Part shown: positions 1 through 9,470 of the stretch, one piece after another
Position numbering within the stretch: the stretch's first letter is position 1
Layout: the number at the start of each line of letters is the position of its first letter
DNA from: a virus
Lineage: Duplodnaviria > Caudoviricetes
DNA length: 45,928 nt
Strand: one strand, 5' to 3'
IMG/VR virus record: IMGVR_UViG_3300048848_000275
Coordinates: 1-45,928 of that record
Notes under the pieces: generated by a model
Told to the model about the DNA's origin: nothing
Database searches by the model: none
The model's input: the letters and a program-made list of their open reading frames with translations, nothing else
Made by a program: the position numbers and the translations under genes

Positions 1-1335
1 ATGGTTTTGGCCGGTGCGATGGGCGTGCCCCGCGCTCCGGACTCGGTGCCGGCGGAGAGCTGTAACGCGCTTGGTTCGAGCGACGCGTTTGACGGGTTTG
101 TGGCCGGTCTCGACCGGGATTGGGCGTTTACGGCGCTTCCCGGACAGAGGCCGCCAGAGGGCGACTGGCGGACGTGGCTGATCATGGGCGGGCGCGGATC
201 CGGCAAGACGCGGGCGGGCGCCGAATGGGTGCATGCGCTGGCGTGTTCGGCCGGAGAGCGATCCAATCTCCGCATCGCGCTCGTGGCGGAAACGCTGGGT
301 GATGCCCGCGAGGTGATGGTGGATGGGGTGTCCGGCGTCTGCCGGATTGCGGTACGGCACTGGCCGGAATTCGAGATTTCACGCAAACGGCTGGTCTGGC
401 CAAACGGCACGGTGGCGCAGATCTTTTCCTCCGAAGATCCGGAAGCCCTGCGCGGGCCGCAGTTTCATTATGCGTGGTGCGACGAGATCGGCAAATGGAA
501 GCATGCGCAGGAGACGTTCGACATGCTGCAGTTCGGCCTGCGGCTGGGACGCGATCCGCGTCAGCTGGTGACGACGACGCCGAGACCTGTGCCGGTGCTG
601 AAACAGCTGATTGGCGACCCGGCCACGCGGCTGATCAAGATTTCCACTGCCGGTAACGCCGGCAATCTGGCGCCGGGCTTTATCGCGGCGCTGGAGCGAC
701 GCTATGGCGGGACGAGACTTGGTCGCCAGGAACTTGGCGGCGAGCTGATCGAGGATCGCGACGATGCGCTGTGGAAGCGCGCCGATCTCGAAGCCTGCGT
801 GACGCGGTTTACCGGGGTCTTGCGGCGCATCGTGGTGGCGGTCGATCCGCCCTCAGGATCGGGCGAAAACTCCTGCTGCGGCATTGTCGTGGCGGGTGTC
901 GAGGCCGCCGAGGGTTTAGCCGGCCGGGCGGTGGTGCTGGCCGACTGTTCGGTGACCGGCCAGACGCCGGGCGGCTGGGCGAAGGCCGTGGTGAAGGCGT
1001 ATTCGCGGTTTTCGGCCGACCGCGTCGTGGCCGAGGGCAACCAGGGCGGCGACATGGTGCCGGCGATGCTGAAAAGCATCGACGCCAACCTGCCGGTGAC
1101 GGTGGTGCATGCATCCCGCGGGAAGTTTGCCCGCGCCGAACCGGTCGCCGCCCTCTACGAGCAGGGACGGGTGGTGCATGCGGGACGGTTTGCGGAGCTG
1201 GAGGACCAGATGTGCGATTTCGGTCCCAACGGACTGTCATCGGGACGCTCGCCGGACCGGCTGGATGCGCTGGTCTGGGCGCTGACGGCGCTTGTTTTGG
1301 ACGGCCAGGGCGAGCCGCGGGTGAGGGGGATTTGA
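1..1335 (+). CDS. Large terminase subunit (RcGTA g2-like DNA packaging ATPase/nuclease)
   Basis: Walker A GGRGSGKT, LRGPQF..WCDE Walker B, VTTTP coupling motif, nuclease domain VVAVDPP and SPDRLDALVW; first gene of a head-tail cluster. Start is at the window edge, so uncertain. Confidence 0.95.
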   Translation: MVLAGAMGVPRAPDSVPAESCNALGSSDAFDGFVAGLDRDWAFTALPGQRPPEGDWRTWLIMGGRGSGKTRAGAEWVHALACSAGERSNLRIALVAETLGDAREVMVDGVSGVCRIAVRHWPEFEISRKRLVWPNGTVAQIFSSEDPEALRGPQFHYAWCDEIGKWKHAQETFDMLQFGLRLGRDPRQLVTTTPRPVPVLKQLIGDPATRLIKISTAGNAGNLAPGFIAALERRYGGTRLGRQELGGELIEDRDDALWKRADLEACVTRFTGVLRRIVVAVDPPSGSGENSCCGIVVAGVEAAEGLAGRAVVLADCSVTGQTPGGWAKAVVKAYSRFSADRVVAEGNQGGDMVPAMLKSIDANLPVTVVHASRGKFARAEPVAALYEQGRVVHAGRFAELEDQMCDFGPNGLSSGRSPDRLDALVWALTALVLDGQGEPRVRGI

Positions 1336-1375
1336 GCCTAGGCCCGGTGTGGCGCTTCTGGTGGACCGCGCAACG

Positions 1376-1399
1376 AAAAGCGGCCCGGATAGGGCCGCT
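1376..1399 (-). terminator. Probable intrinsic terminator for the minus-strand small gene
   Basis: AGCGGCCC-ggata-GGGCCGCT 8-bp stem (1379-1399) followed on the minus strand by a short T run. Confidence 0.5.
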
Positions 1400-1444
1400 C
1401 AAGCGTTCTATATCTGACAGTCGGCTACTGCCAACAGTTGCAAT

Positions 1445-1669
1445 TCAGCTTTTGGCCGGCACAGCCGGAGCGCTGTCGCGCATCTGCTTCCATTCGGATT
1501 CCATGCGCTCGAGGACGTGCTGCGGCACCGATTTCGTGGCGGCTGTCTGGGCGGTCTGCTGCATCATCATGATCTCCGGATTGTGCGCTGCACCATCATG
1601 GTGGTGCGCCCCTATGAACGTCGCATGGTTGGATTGGTTCCACATCCTTACTCCGAAGTAAATCGTCAC
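1445..1669 (-). CDS. Small hypothetical protein
   Basis: 74-aa ORF filling the gap between terminase and lysozyme genes, followed by a terminator-like hairpin; start uncertain. Confidence 0.5.
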   Translation of the reverse strand: MTIYFGVRMWNQSNHATFIGAHHHDGAAHNPEIMMMQQTAQTAATKSVPQHVLERMESEWKQMRDSAPAVPAKS

Positions 1670-1742
1670 TAACAGACTAAAACGATTTAGTTTTTTCTAA
1701 ACCGATTGAAACCTTCGAACGCGGTAAAGGGGTAGGATTAAC

Positions 1743-2372
1743 ATGGGATACGAGCGCAGTATTTTCTTCGATCGCGTGCGCCGGAACCCGTTCAGCGGGC
1801 GGTTGGCAAGTGGTCAGGTGGCCGGGTTGGCTGCTGTTTTGGAGGCATGGGAGGCGCGCAACCCCATCGAAGGCGCCGCGGCGCTTGCCTATGTGCTGGC
1901 GACCGCATTTCACGAGACGGCCGCGACGATGCAGCCGGTGCGCGAAACGCTGGCCAAGAGCGACCAGCTTGCGGTAATGCGGCTGGAAAGCGCTTACAGC
2001 GCCGGCCGGCTGCGGACGGTGAAGACGCCGTACTGGCGGTACGATGCCGATGGCCGGACCTGGCTGGGGCGCGGGCTCGTGCAACTGACCCACAGGCGCA
2101 ACTACCAGAAAATGTCGGCGCTGACAGGGATCGATCTGGTCACGGCACCTCATCGCGCCATGGAGATGGATGTGGCAGTAAAAATCCTGATCGAGGGCAT
2201 GCGGGCCGGCAGTTTCACCGGCCGCAAGCTCGGCGATTATTTCGGCCCTGGGAAATCGGACTGGGTCGGGGCGCGAAAAATCATCAATGGCAATGACCGG
2301 GCGGCGCAGGTGGCGGGGAACGCGAAAGCGTTCGCGGCAGCGCTGCGGGACGATGCGGCGATGGCGGCCTGA
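1743..2372 (+). CDS. GH19/chitinase-like lysozyme (putative endolysin)
   Basis: Motifs LAYVLATAFHET, GRGLVQLTHRRNY, ARKIING typical of phage GH19-like muramidases. Confidence 0.8.
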   Translation: MGYERSIFFDRVRRNPFSGRLASGQVAGLAAVLEAWEARNPIEGAAALAYVLATAFHETAATMQPVRETLAKSDQLAVMRLESAYSAGRLRTVKTPYWRYDADGRTWLGRGLVQLTHRRNYQKMSALTGIDLVTAPHRAMEMDVAVKILIEGMRAGSFTGRKLGDYFGPGKSDWVGARKIINGNDRAAQVAGNAKAFAAALRDDAAMAA

Positions 2373-2418
2373 ACGTCTTCAGAGGGAATTGATCCCGGAT
2401 CGAGTGAAGGATGAAACG

Positions 2419-3588
2419 ATGAGATTTCCATTCCGGCTTCCTGGGCTTTCCCGCATCGCGCCGCCTCAGGAAACCAAGGCGACGTCGGGGCTATCGTCGG
2501 GCTTTGCGATCGTATCTGGCGATGGCGCGGCGCACTGGTCCGGGCGGTCCTATGCGGCTCTGGCAAAGGCCGGGTTCATGAAGAACCCGATCGCCTATCG
2601 GGCCATGCGGATGGTGGCCGAAGCTGCCGCCGCCGTGCCGTGGCTCGCCTATCGGGGGACGAGCGAGGCAGCCGATCATCCGGCGCTGGCGCTTCTGGCA
2701 CGTCCGAACGGCCGCCAGAGCGGGCCGGATTTCTTCGAGGCGCTGTACGGGCATCTGCTTTTGTCCGGCAATGCCTATGTGGAGCCGCTGGCGCTTGGCG
2801 GCGACCTGCGGGAACTGCATTTGCTGCGGCCGGACCGGGTGAGCGTCGTCGAGGGGCGCGACGGCTGGATTGCGGCCTATGATTATCGCGCCGGGCAGGT
2901 GACACGGCGGCTTGCCGTCGATCGTGACGGGCCGGGGCTGCTGCACCTGAAGCTGTTTCACCCGCTCGACGACCATTGTGGCCTGTCGCCGCTGGTGGCG
3001 GCTGGCGCAGCGCTCGACCTTTCCAATGCGGCGGCGGGCTGGAACAAGGCGCTGCTCGACAATTCCGCAAGACCGTCCGGCGCGCTGGTCTACCAGCCGA
3101 AGGACGGCGGCAATCTTTCCGCGGATCAGTATCAGCGGCTGAAGGACGAACTGGAGGCGGGCTATTCGGGGGCGGTAAATGCCGGCCGGCCGCTGCTTCT
3201 GGAAGGCGGGCTGGACTGGAAGGCGATGGGGCTTTCGCCGAAGGACATGGATTTCATCGAGGCGAAGAACGGTGCTGCCCGCGACATTGCGCTGGCGCTC
3301 GGCGTGCCGCCAATGCTGATCGGCATTCCCGGTGACAATACCTATGCCAACTACCAGGAGGCCAACCGCGCCCTTTACCGGCTCACGGTGCTGCCGTTGA
3401 TTGCCCGAACGGCCGCAAGCTTTTCCGCCTGGCTTTCGGATACGCTCGGGGAGGGACTTCGGCTGGAACCGGATCTCGACCGGGTGGCCGGGCTGTCGGC
3501 CGAGCGTGAGGCGCTGTGGGCGCGGATCGGTGCTGCAGCCTTCCTGACCGAGGACGAGAAGCGCGAGGCGGTGGGTTATTCGGCGTGA
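2419..3588 (+). CDS. HK97-family portal protein (RcGTA g3-like)
   Basis: LLLSGNAYVE, LHLLRPDRV, GLSPL, NSARPSGAL, LEGGLDWKAMGLSPKDMDF, GVPPMLIGIPGDNTYANYQEA; ATG 2419 follows AAGGA. Confidence 0.96.
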   Translation: MRFPFRLPGLSRIAPPQETKATSGLSSGFAIVSGDGAAHWSGRSYAALAKAGFMKNPIAYRAMRMVAEAAAAVPWLAYRGTSEAADHPALALLARPNGRQSGPDFFEALYGHLLLSGNAYVEPLALGGDLRELHLLRPDRVSVVEGRDGWIAAYDYRAGQVTRRLAVDRDGPGLLHLKLFHPLDDHCGLSPLVAAGAALDLSNAAAGWNKALLDNSARPSGALVYQPKDGGNLSADQYQRLKDELEAGYSGAVNAGRPLLLEGGLDWKAMGLSPKDMDFIEAKNGAARDIALALGVPPMLIGIPGDNTYANYQEANRALYRLTVLPLIARTAASFSAWLSDTLGEGLRLEPDLDRVAGLSAEREALWARIGAAAFLTEDEKREAVGYSA

Positions 3589-3609
3589 TTGCCCGATCGC
3601 GGCGCAAGG

Positions 3610-3635
3610 TGTAATTTGTAATACGGTGTATTACA
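3610..3635 (+). promoter_or_regulatory. Palindromic operator upstream of the TA operon
   Basis: TGTAATAC-ggt-GTATTACA perfect 8-bp inverted repeat (3617-3635) plus an extra TGTAAT half-site at 3610-3615, directly before the RHH antitoxin gene. Confidence 0.65.
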
Positions 3636-3636
3636 G

Positions 3637-3924
3637 ATGGAGATCGTCATGGCAGACGCCAAATCCGAAAAGCCCGCTCTCTCGGACCCGATCACGCTGC
3701 GCGTGCCGCAGGACATTCTCGACGATATCGAGAAGATCGCCGAAACCTCGGATCGCAGCAGAAGCTGGGTGATTGTCCGGGCGCTGAAATATTATCTGAT
3801 GGCGGAGGGGAATGAAATACTCAGCATCCGTCGCGGACTGGCGGATATCGAGGCGGGGCGGACCGTGGATGCGGAGAAGTTCTTCGAAGAGCTCGATCGT
3901 CTCAACCGCGAGGATGCTGCCTGA
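3637..3924 (+). CDS. CopG/RHH-family antitoxin
   Basis: ITLRVPQDILDDIEKIAETSDRSRSWVIVRALKYYL ribbon-helix-helix; IRRGLADIEAGRTV tail; overlaps the toxin start (TGATG). Start may be 3649. Confidence 0.85.
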   Translation: MEIVMADAKSEKPALSDPITLRVPQDILDDIEKIAETSDRSRSWVIVRALKYYLMAEGNEILSIRRGLADIEAGRTVDAEKFFEELDRLNREDAA

Positions 3925-4229
3925 TGAAGGTCACCCTCTCGGAGGAGGCGATACGCTACGTCCAGAGGGAACGGGCTTACTTGGCCCAGTTCGGGCGGCG
4001 GACTGCCGTCGCGTTTTCGGATCAGATCAAGCGAACGATCCGGCTCATTTCCGAGCAGCCGCGTGTCGGCACGATGGTTGCTCCGGTCGAGGGCATCAGG
4101 CGGTTCGTCTCAACGCCCTACCACGTCGACTATGTCATCCAATCCGACCGGGTCCTGGTCGTCTCTGTCATGCATGCCAGGCAAGCCTCGTCGGCCCTTG
4201 ACCATGATGACGATGACGGTTTCGACTGA
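3924..4229 (+). CDS. RelE/ParE-family toxin
   Basis: 101 aa, MKVTLSEEA…PRVG…IRRF…PYHVDYVIQSDRVLVVSVMHARQ; coupled to the RHH antitoxin. Confidence 0.85.
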   Translation: MKVTLSEEAIRYVQRERAYLAQFGRRTAVAFSDQIKRTIRLISEQPRVGTMVAPVEGIRRFVSTPYHVDYVIQSDRVLVVSVMHARQASSALDHDDDDGFD

Positions 4230-4439
4230 GCTTTTCCGAGTTGTCGGCGCTTGAGCCTGCTCGACTCAACTTCTCAAACCCCTGACTTAACTCGTCAACG
4301 CTGTCTCTCAAGCGATTCAGGGGATTGATGAAAACCTGAAGGCCTCATGTGGCGCGTGAAGATGCGCGAGGCCCTGGCGGTTGCGGACGGATATCCGCTT
4401 TCCGGCTGACACTCTCAACATAACCCAGAAAGTTTAACG

Positions 4440-4766
4440 ATGGCTGACCTTGGGCACGATCCGGGAACGCTTGGCGTGTGGGCTGCGCGGACCGCAGGTG
4501 CGGTGGCGGGTGCGGGCGTTTCGCTGGTCTATCTCCTGCCGAAAAGCGGGCATGAGGCGGCGAGCCGGTTTCTGACCGGGGTGGCCTGCGGGCTGATCTT
4601 CGGCGGGCCGGCCGGGCTTTGGCTGATGGCACGGTTGGGGATCAGCGGGGAGCTTCCCGAGCCGGAGACCTTGCTGGCGGGATCGGCTGCCGCCAGCCTT
4701 TCGGCCTGGTGGGTGCTGGGCGCGCTGTCGCGCCTAGCCGAGCGATACGGGCGGCGTAGGGAGTAA
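4440..4766 (+). CDS. Small membrane protein of rhizobial GTA-like clusters (DUF6107-like)
   Basis: Three hydrophobic segments, SLVYLLPKS..EAASRF and LSAWWVLG; sits between portal and protease. Confidence 0.7.
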   Translation: MADLGHDPGTLGVWAARTAGAVAGAGVSLVYLLPKSGHEAASRFLTGVACGLIFGGPAGLWLMARLGISGELPEPETLLAGSAAASLSAWWVLGALSRLAERYGRRRE

Positions 4767-4842
4767 GGCGATCCCGACGACGAACGCCTTCCGCCGCGGG
4801 CGGATGGGTTCGACAGGTTCAATGACATTGCAGGAGATTCCG

Positions 4843-5436
4843 ATGCACGCTGACCGCGGGCAATGCCCACCCATGCGCCCGAATGTGCGCAAATTCGCCA
4901 ATCTGGAACTGGCCGGCATTGCCGGCGACGGCACGTTTTCCGGTTATGCCAGCGTGTTCGGCGAGGTCGATCTCGGTCGTGACCGGATCGAACGGGGGGC
5001 GTTTCTCTCCTCGCTTGTCGAACGCGGCGCACCGGGGGTGCGCATGCTTTATCAGCACGACCCGAACGAGCCGATCGGCGCCTGGAAGACGATCCGCGAG
5101 GATGGTCGCGGGCTTTACGTCGAGGGCGTGCTGTCGCCCGGCGTGGCCCGATCGAGGGAAGTGCTGGCGCTGATGAAATCCGGTGCGCTGGACGGGCTCT
5201 CGATCGGCTTTCGAACCGTACGGGCCCGCACCGACGCCAAGACGGGGGTGCGGCGCATTCTCGAGGCGGATCTTTGGGAAATCTCCGTCGTGACCTTTCC
5301 GATGCTGCCATCGGCACGGGTGTCCGACGTCAAGCATCAGCGCTTCTTCCGCGACCGCGAGACGGAGCTCGTTCGCCAGATGCGGCGGGCGGCGAAGCTG
5401 ATGTGGAGATCGTCGTTCAGGCAGAACAAGGCTTAA
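4843..5436 (+). CDS. HK97-family prohead protease (RcGTA g4-like)
   Basis: FSGYASVFG, MLYQHD..EPIG, DGLSIGF, LWEISVVTFPM; AGGAG RBS before ATG 4843. Confidence 0.95.
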   Translation: MHADRGQCPPMRPNVRKFANLELAGIAGDGTFSGYASVFGEVDLGRDRIERGAFLSSLVERGAPGVRMLYQHDPNEPIGAWKTIREDGRGLYVEGVLSPGVARSREVLALMKSGALDGLSIGFRTVRARTDAKTGVRRILEADLWEISVVTFPMLPSARVSDVKHQRFFRDRETELVRQMRRAAKLMWRSSFRQNKA

Positions 5437-5452
5437 TGGAGAAGGACAGGAC

Positions 5453-6736
5453 ATGATGACGGGACATGTGCAGGGAAGTGGCGCCGTGGCGCCGGAAGTG
5501 AAAGCCGTACCTGAGACGGTGACGGCGGCGCTCGACGAATTCATAGAGGCGTTCGAGGCGTTCAAGGACGTCAATGACCGAAGGCTCGGCGAGATCGAGC
5601 AGAAGCTGACCGCCGATGTGGTGACCCGCGACAAAGTGGACCGCATCAACCGGGCGATGGACGACCAGAAACGGGTGCTGGACCAGCTGGCGCTGAAGAA
5701 GGCGCGACCGCCGCTTGGTGGAAGAAGTGGCTACGGCCAGAGTGCCGAGCTTTCGCCTGAGGCGATGGAGCACAAGGCGGGGTTCGACGCCTATATCCGT
5801 CGCGGCGAGGATTCGGGACTGCGCGAGCTGGAGGCGAAGGCGTTCTCCGTCGGGGTCGGCGCCGATGGCGGCTATCTGGTGCCGCCGGAGACTGACACGG
5901 AAATCGGCCGCCGCGTGTCCGTCGTGTCGCCGATGCGGGCGCTGTCGACCGTGCGCACCGTCTCGACCTCCGTCCTGAAGAAACCGTTCTCGACGACGGG
6001 TCTCACCACCGGCTGGGTGGCGGAAACGGCGGCGCGGCCGCAGACCAACACGCCGCTTCTGGCCGAACTCGCCTTCCCGACGATGGAACTCTACGCCATG
6101 CCGGCCGCCACCCAGGCGCTGCTTGAAGACGCGGCTGTGGACATGGAGGCGTGGATCGCCGGCGAGGTGGACATCGTGTTTGCCGAGCAGGAGGGCGATG
6201 CCTTCGTGCGCGGTGACGGGGTCAACAAGCCGAAGGGCTTTCTCGCCTATACGGCTGTCGCCGATGCGAGCTGGGCCTGGGGCAGTCTCGGCTATATCGC
6301 AACCGGCGTTGCCGGCGGCTGGAAGGCGACCAATCCCTCCGACACGCTGGTCGAGGTGATCTACGCGCTCAAGGCCGGTCACCGTCAGAACGGCACATTC
6401 ATGATGAACCGCAAGGTGCAGGCCGATATCCGCAAGTTCAAGGATGTCGACGGCAACTATCTGTGGCGGCCGCCGGCAAGTGCGGGCCAGGCCGCCTCGC
6501 TGATGGGCTTTCCGATCGCAGAAGCCGAGGAGATGCCCGACATCGCCGCAAGCTCGACTTCGCTTGCCTTCGGTGACTTCCGGTCGGGCTATCTTGTGGT
6601 CGATCGGGCCGGTGTGCGCATCCTGCGCGATCCGTATTCCGCCAAGCCCTATGTGCTGTTCTACACCACCAAGCGGGTTGGGGGCGGGGTGCAGAACTTC
6701 GAGGCGATTAAGCTGGTGCGGTTTGCCGTGAGCTGA
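5453..6736 (+). CDS. HK97-fold major capsid protein (RcGTA g5-like)
   Basis: N-terminal coiled-coil delta domain, DGGYLVP, GDGVNKPKGFL, FGDF..GY, LRDPYSAKPYVLFYTTKRVGGGV. Confidence 0.97.
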   Translation: MMTGHVQGSGAVAPEVKAVPETVTAALDEFIEAFEAFKDVNDRRLGEIEQKLTADVVTRDKVDRINRAMDDQKRVLDQLALKKARPPLGGRSGYGQSAELSPEAMEHKAGFDAYIRRGEDSGLRELEAKAFSVGVGADGGYLVPPETDTEIGRRVSVVSPMRALSTVRTVSTSVLKKPFSTTGLTTGWVAETAARPQTNTPLLAELAFPTMELYAMPAATQALLEDAAVDMEAWIAGEVDIVFAEQEGDAFVRGDGVNKPKGFLAYTAVADASWAWGSLGYIATGVAGGWKATNPSDTLVEVIYALKAGHRQNGTFMMNRKVQADIRKFKDVDGNYLWRPPASAGQAASLMGFPIAEAEEMPDIAASSTSLAFGDFRSGYLVVDRAGVRILRDPYSAKPYVLFYTTKRVGGGVQNFEAIKLVRFAVS

Positions 6737-6768
6737 TCAGCCAAACGCACCGACGCTTGCCGGAACTG

Positions 6769-6830
6769 CCCGTCATCCGGCCATCGCCACCTTCTTCCCG
6801 CAGCGGCGGGGAGAGGGTGGGGTGGGGCCG
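6769..6830. repeat. Degenerate rhizobial REP/RIME-like palindromic element
   Basis: CCCGTCATCCGGCCATCGCCACCTTCTTCCCGCAGCGGCGGGGAGAGGG; CCTTCTTCCCG/CGGGGAGAGGG imperfect stem; a related unit lies at 14987-15022. Confidence 0.5.
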
Positions 6831-6855
6831 GATATCATCTTCGACGAGGATCCCC

Positions 6856-7425
6856 ATGACCTATGCCCAGACCACTCCGCCTCTCGCGGAACCGCTGACG
6901 CTTGCCGAGGCGAAGGCGCATCTGCGTCTTGACGGTGCCGACGAGGATGCGCTGATCGGATCGCTGATTGCGACCGCGCGCGAGCATCTGGAGCGGGAGA
7001 CGGGCCTCTGCCTGATGGCGCAGACGTGGCGCCTCTATCTCGACCGCTGGCCCTGCGATGGCGTGATCCGCATCCTCAAGTCTCCCGTGCAAGCGATTCA
7101 GACTGTTACGGTTTACGATGCCGCAGGCAACGCGGTTCATGTTTCGCTTGAAGACCATCTGCTCGACGGCAAGGGGCGACCAGCGCGACTGTGGCTGCGC
7201 TCGACGATCGCTCCCGGCCAGGTGCTGAACGGGATCGAGATCGATTTTATTGCCGGCTGTGGCGAGGCCGGGACCGATGTGCCGGATACGCTGAAGCGGG
7301 CGATGCTGATCCATATCGGCCATATGTTCGCCTTCCGCGGCGTGCTTTCGCCCGACCAGCAGCCCGCCGGGATTCCCGATGGCTACGAGCGGCTGATCGC
7401 GCCCTTTCGCATGCGGAGGCTGTGA
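6856..7425 (+). CDS. Head-tail connector/adaptor (RcGTA g6-like)
   Basis: EPLTLAEAKAHLRLD..DEDALI..LI..AR..LE..TG, NGIEIDF.AG.G, VP..LKRA; GAGGA RBS before ATG 6856. Confidence 0.92.
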   Translation: MTYAQTTPPLAEPLTLAEAKAHLRLDGADEDALIGSLIATAREHLERETGLCLMAQTWRLYLDRWPCDGVIRILKSPVQAIQTVTVYDAAGNAVHVSLEDHLLDGKGRPARLWLRSTIAPGQVLNGIEIDFIAGCGEAGTDVPDTLKRAMLIHIGHMFAFRGVLSPDQQPAGIPDGYERLIAPFRMRRL

Positions 7426-7757
7426 TGGTGGTGTTTCTCGATCCGGGCCAGATGACTGCCCGGCTGGAGCTGGAAGCGCCGGTTACCGTATCCGACGGTC
7501 AGGGTGGTGCGAGTGTGACCTGGCAATCGGTGGCGGCCGTTTGGGCGAAGATCGAGCCGGTCTCGTTCGTGGTGACGGAAGCGGCAAGCGCGGAAGTCGG
7601 CACGGTCAGTCACCGGATCTGGATCCGGTTTCGAAGCGATGTCGCAGCCGGCCAGAGGCTGACCAAGGGCGCGCGGATCTTCCTGCTGAAACTGGTGCGC
7701 GACCCTGACGAGACCGGTCGCTATCTGGTCTGCCAGTGCGAGGAGCAGGCACCATGA
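7425..7757 (+). CDS. Head closure/stopper protein (RcGTA g7-like)
   Basis: DPGQMTARLELEAP..DGQGG..W..VWAKIEP, HRIWIRFR, DPDETGRYLVCQCEE; TGATG overlap with the previous gene. Confidence 0.88.
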   Translation: MVVFLDPGQMTARLELEAPVTVSDGQGGASVTWQSVAAVWAKIEPVSFVVTEAASAEVGTVSHRIWIRFRSDVAAGQRLTKGARIFLLKLVRDPDETGRYLVCQCEEQAP

Positions 7758-8155
7758 CATCAGCCTCCAACGCGTTGATGAAGGCGGTTCATGCGCGGCT
7801 GACCGGCGACGCCGCATTGACGGCGCTGGTCGGCCAGGGCGGTGTCCACGACCGGCTGATGCCGAAGTCGAAGCTGCCGGCGATCGCCTTCGGAGAGTGG
7901 GAGACGCGCGATTATTCGACCGGTACGGAACCGGGCGAGGCGCATAGCCTGACGATCACGGTGTGGTCGCAGGCAGAAGGGCGAAGGCAGGCGCAGGAGA
8001 TCGCAAGCCGGGTGGATACGCTGCTGCACGATGCGGCGCTGACGCTGGAAGGGTTTGTGCTGGTGAGCCTGTTGCGGACGGGATCGCGCACCAGACGCGA
8101 GCCGAACACGCGGTATCTTCAGGTCGAGCTGCGCTATCGTGCGGTGACCGAGTGA
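7754..8155 (+). CDS. Tail terminator (DUF3168, RcGTA g8-like)
   Basis: ALMKAVHARLTGDAAL, HSLTITVWS..EGRRQA, C-terminal RAVTE; ATGA overlap. Confidence 0.88.
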   Translation: MTSASNALMKAVHARLTGDAALTALVGQGGVHDRLMPKSKLPAIAFGEWETRDYSTGTEPGEAHSLTITVWSQAEGRRQAQEIASRVDTLLHDAALTLEGFVLVSLLRTGSRTRREPNTRYLQVELRYRAVTE

Positions 8156-9387
8156 GAGGCAGCAAGCCGGTTGCTCTGCCGCACGAGATGCATGAGGAAG
8201 AGGATGCCGGTAAGCGCCGAGCCGGCCAGAAGGACGGTGACGACGAGAACCGTCAGAGCGCCCGAACGATCGAGAAGTGCTGTGAACACGACGGGAGCGA
8301 GCGCATTGGCAAGGTTCTGCGGCATGGACAGCCGTGCGGCCTGGCGGCCATAGTCGCGCGGTGAAAACAGGGCAAGCGGCAGAAGCGCCTTTGCGACCTG
8401 CAGGACTGCCGAGCCGATGCCGTAAAGCCCGATAAAGATCCACAGCGTTGCGGTCGACGACGGCAGGACGATGAGGCTGAGAAACCCGAGGATCATGAAG
8501 CTATTGCCGGTCACGGCCGTAATGAACGGATTGCCGCGCTTGCCGAGCAGCATATCGAAGGCACGCGCCGAAATGCCGATGACGCCACGCGCTGCGGCAA
8601 GCTGCAGGGCAAATTCCGGCGTCGCACCGGATTGCCGCAACAGTTCCAGAAGCGACGGCGACACGCCGTAGGATGCGAAGGAGGCAATGGTGGTGGCGGT
8701 GGCGACCAGCAGGAAGGCGAGCTTGCCTTGCCGCTTGGTGAAGGCGACCGGGGGCGCATCGACGCCGGCATCGGCGGTGTCCCAGGCGATCGGCTTCGGC
8801 AGGGCGAAGAGATAGAGCGGCACGCAGACGAACAGATGCACGAAAGCGCAGACCATCATCGTGGTGCGCCAGCCGATGAGATCGTTGCCGAGACTGAGCA
8901 GCGGCCAGAAGATGGTGGCGGAGAGGCCGGTAAACAGCATCAGGATGGTGATGCTGCGACGTCCCTTCGTGCCTTCACGCTCGACCACCGCGGCATAGGC
9001 CGGCGCCGAGAGACAAAAGGCGCCGCCGGCACCGAGCAGGATCCACGCGACCGCATAGAGCGGCAGGCCGTTCGCAAGCGACAGCACGAGCAACCCGACG
9101 CAGAAGAATACGGAACCGGCAGCCAGAACCTTGGCTGCGCCGTGGCGCCCGAGCAGCCGTCCCACGAGCGGGCCGCAAAACGCGCTGGCGAGCATCATCA
9201 CCGAAAGTCCGGCAAACACCATTTCGTTGGCGAGGTCGAGATCCGGCGCGATGGAGCGACCGAGAACGCCGAGACTTTCGAACGTGGTGCCCCAGCCGAT
9301 GAGTTGCGTGATGGCGAGAACGCCAATGGTCCGGGCGGACCGGAGGGGGGACTTGGTCAATGCGATATCGCGATGGGAAGCGGGCAA
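8134..9387 (-). CDS. MFS transporter
   Basis: About 12 hydrophobic segments; LAITQLIGWGTTF start; motif-A-like VGRLLGRHGAAKV; start could be TTG 9360. Confidence 0.88.
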   Translation of the reverse strand: MPASHRDIALTKSPLRSARTIGVLAITQLIGWGTTFESLGVLGRSIAPDLDLANEMVFAGLSVMMLASAFCGPLVGRLLGRHGAAKVLAAGSVFFCVGLLVLSLANGLPLYAVAWILLGAGGAFCLSAPAYAAVVEREGTKGRRSITILMLFTGLSATIFWPLLSLGNDLIGWRTTMMVCAFVHLFVCVPLYLFALPKPIAWDTADAGVDAPPVAFTKRQGKLAFLLVATATTIASFASYGVSPSLLELLRQSGATPEFALQLAAARGVIGISARAFDMLLGKRGNPFITAVTGNSFMILGFLSLIVLPSSTATLWIFIGLYGIGSAVLQVAKALLPLALFSPRDYGRQAARLSMPQNLANALAPVVFTALLDRSGALTVLVVTVLLAGSALTGILFLMHLVRQSNRLAASHSVTAR

Positions 9388-9470
9388 GGAAATCTATCCC
9401 GCGGCTGTAGCAGGTCGGCGGCGACGCCGAAAGCATCAATACTTGAAAGCGGTTGGAAAAGGATCGGGAC

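Noticed and set aside
1670-1742. CtrA box (TTAA-N7-TTAA) upstream of GTA genes, also checked at 4410-4440 and 11260-11290
   Set aside because: Only half-sites or wrong spacing were found
2287-2418. Extended N-termini in the ORF track for portal (2287), adaptor (6757), head closure (7191) and GHKL-kinase (24016)
   Set aside because: Downstream ATGs have an RBS or stop-start overlap and match the expected protein starts
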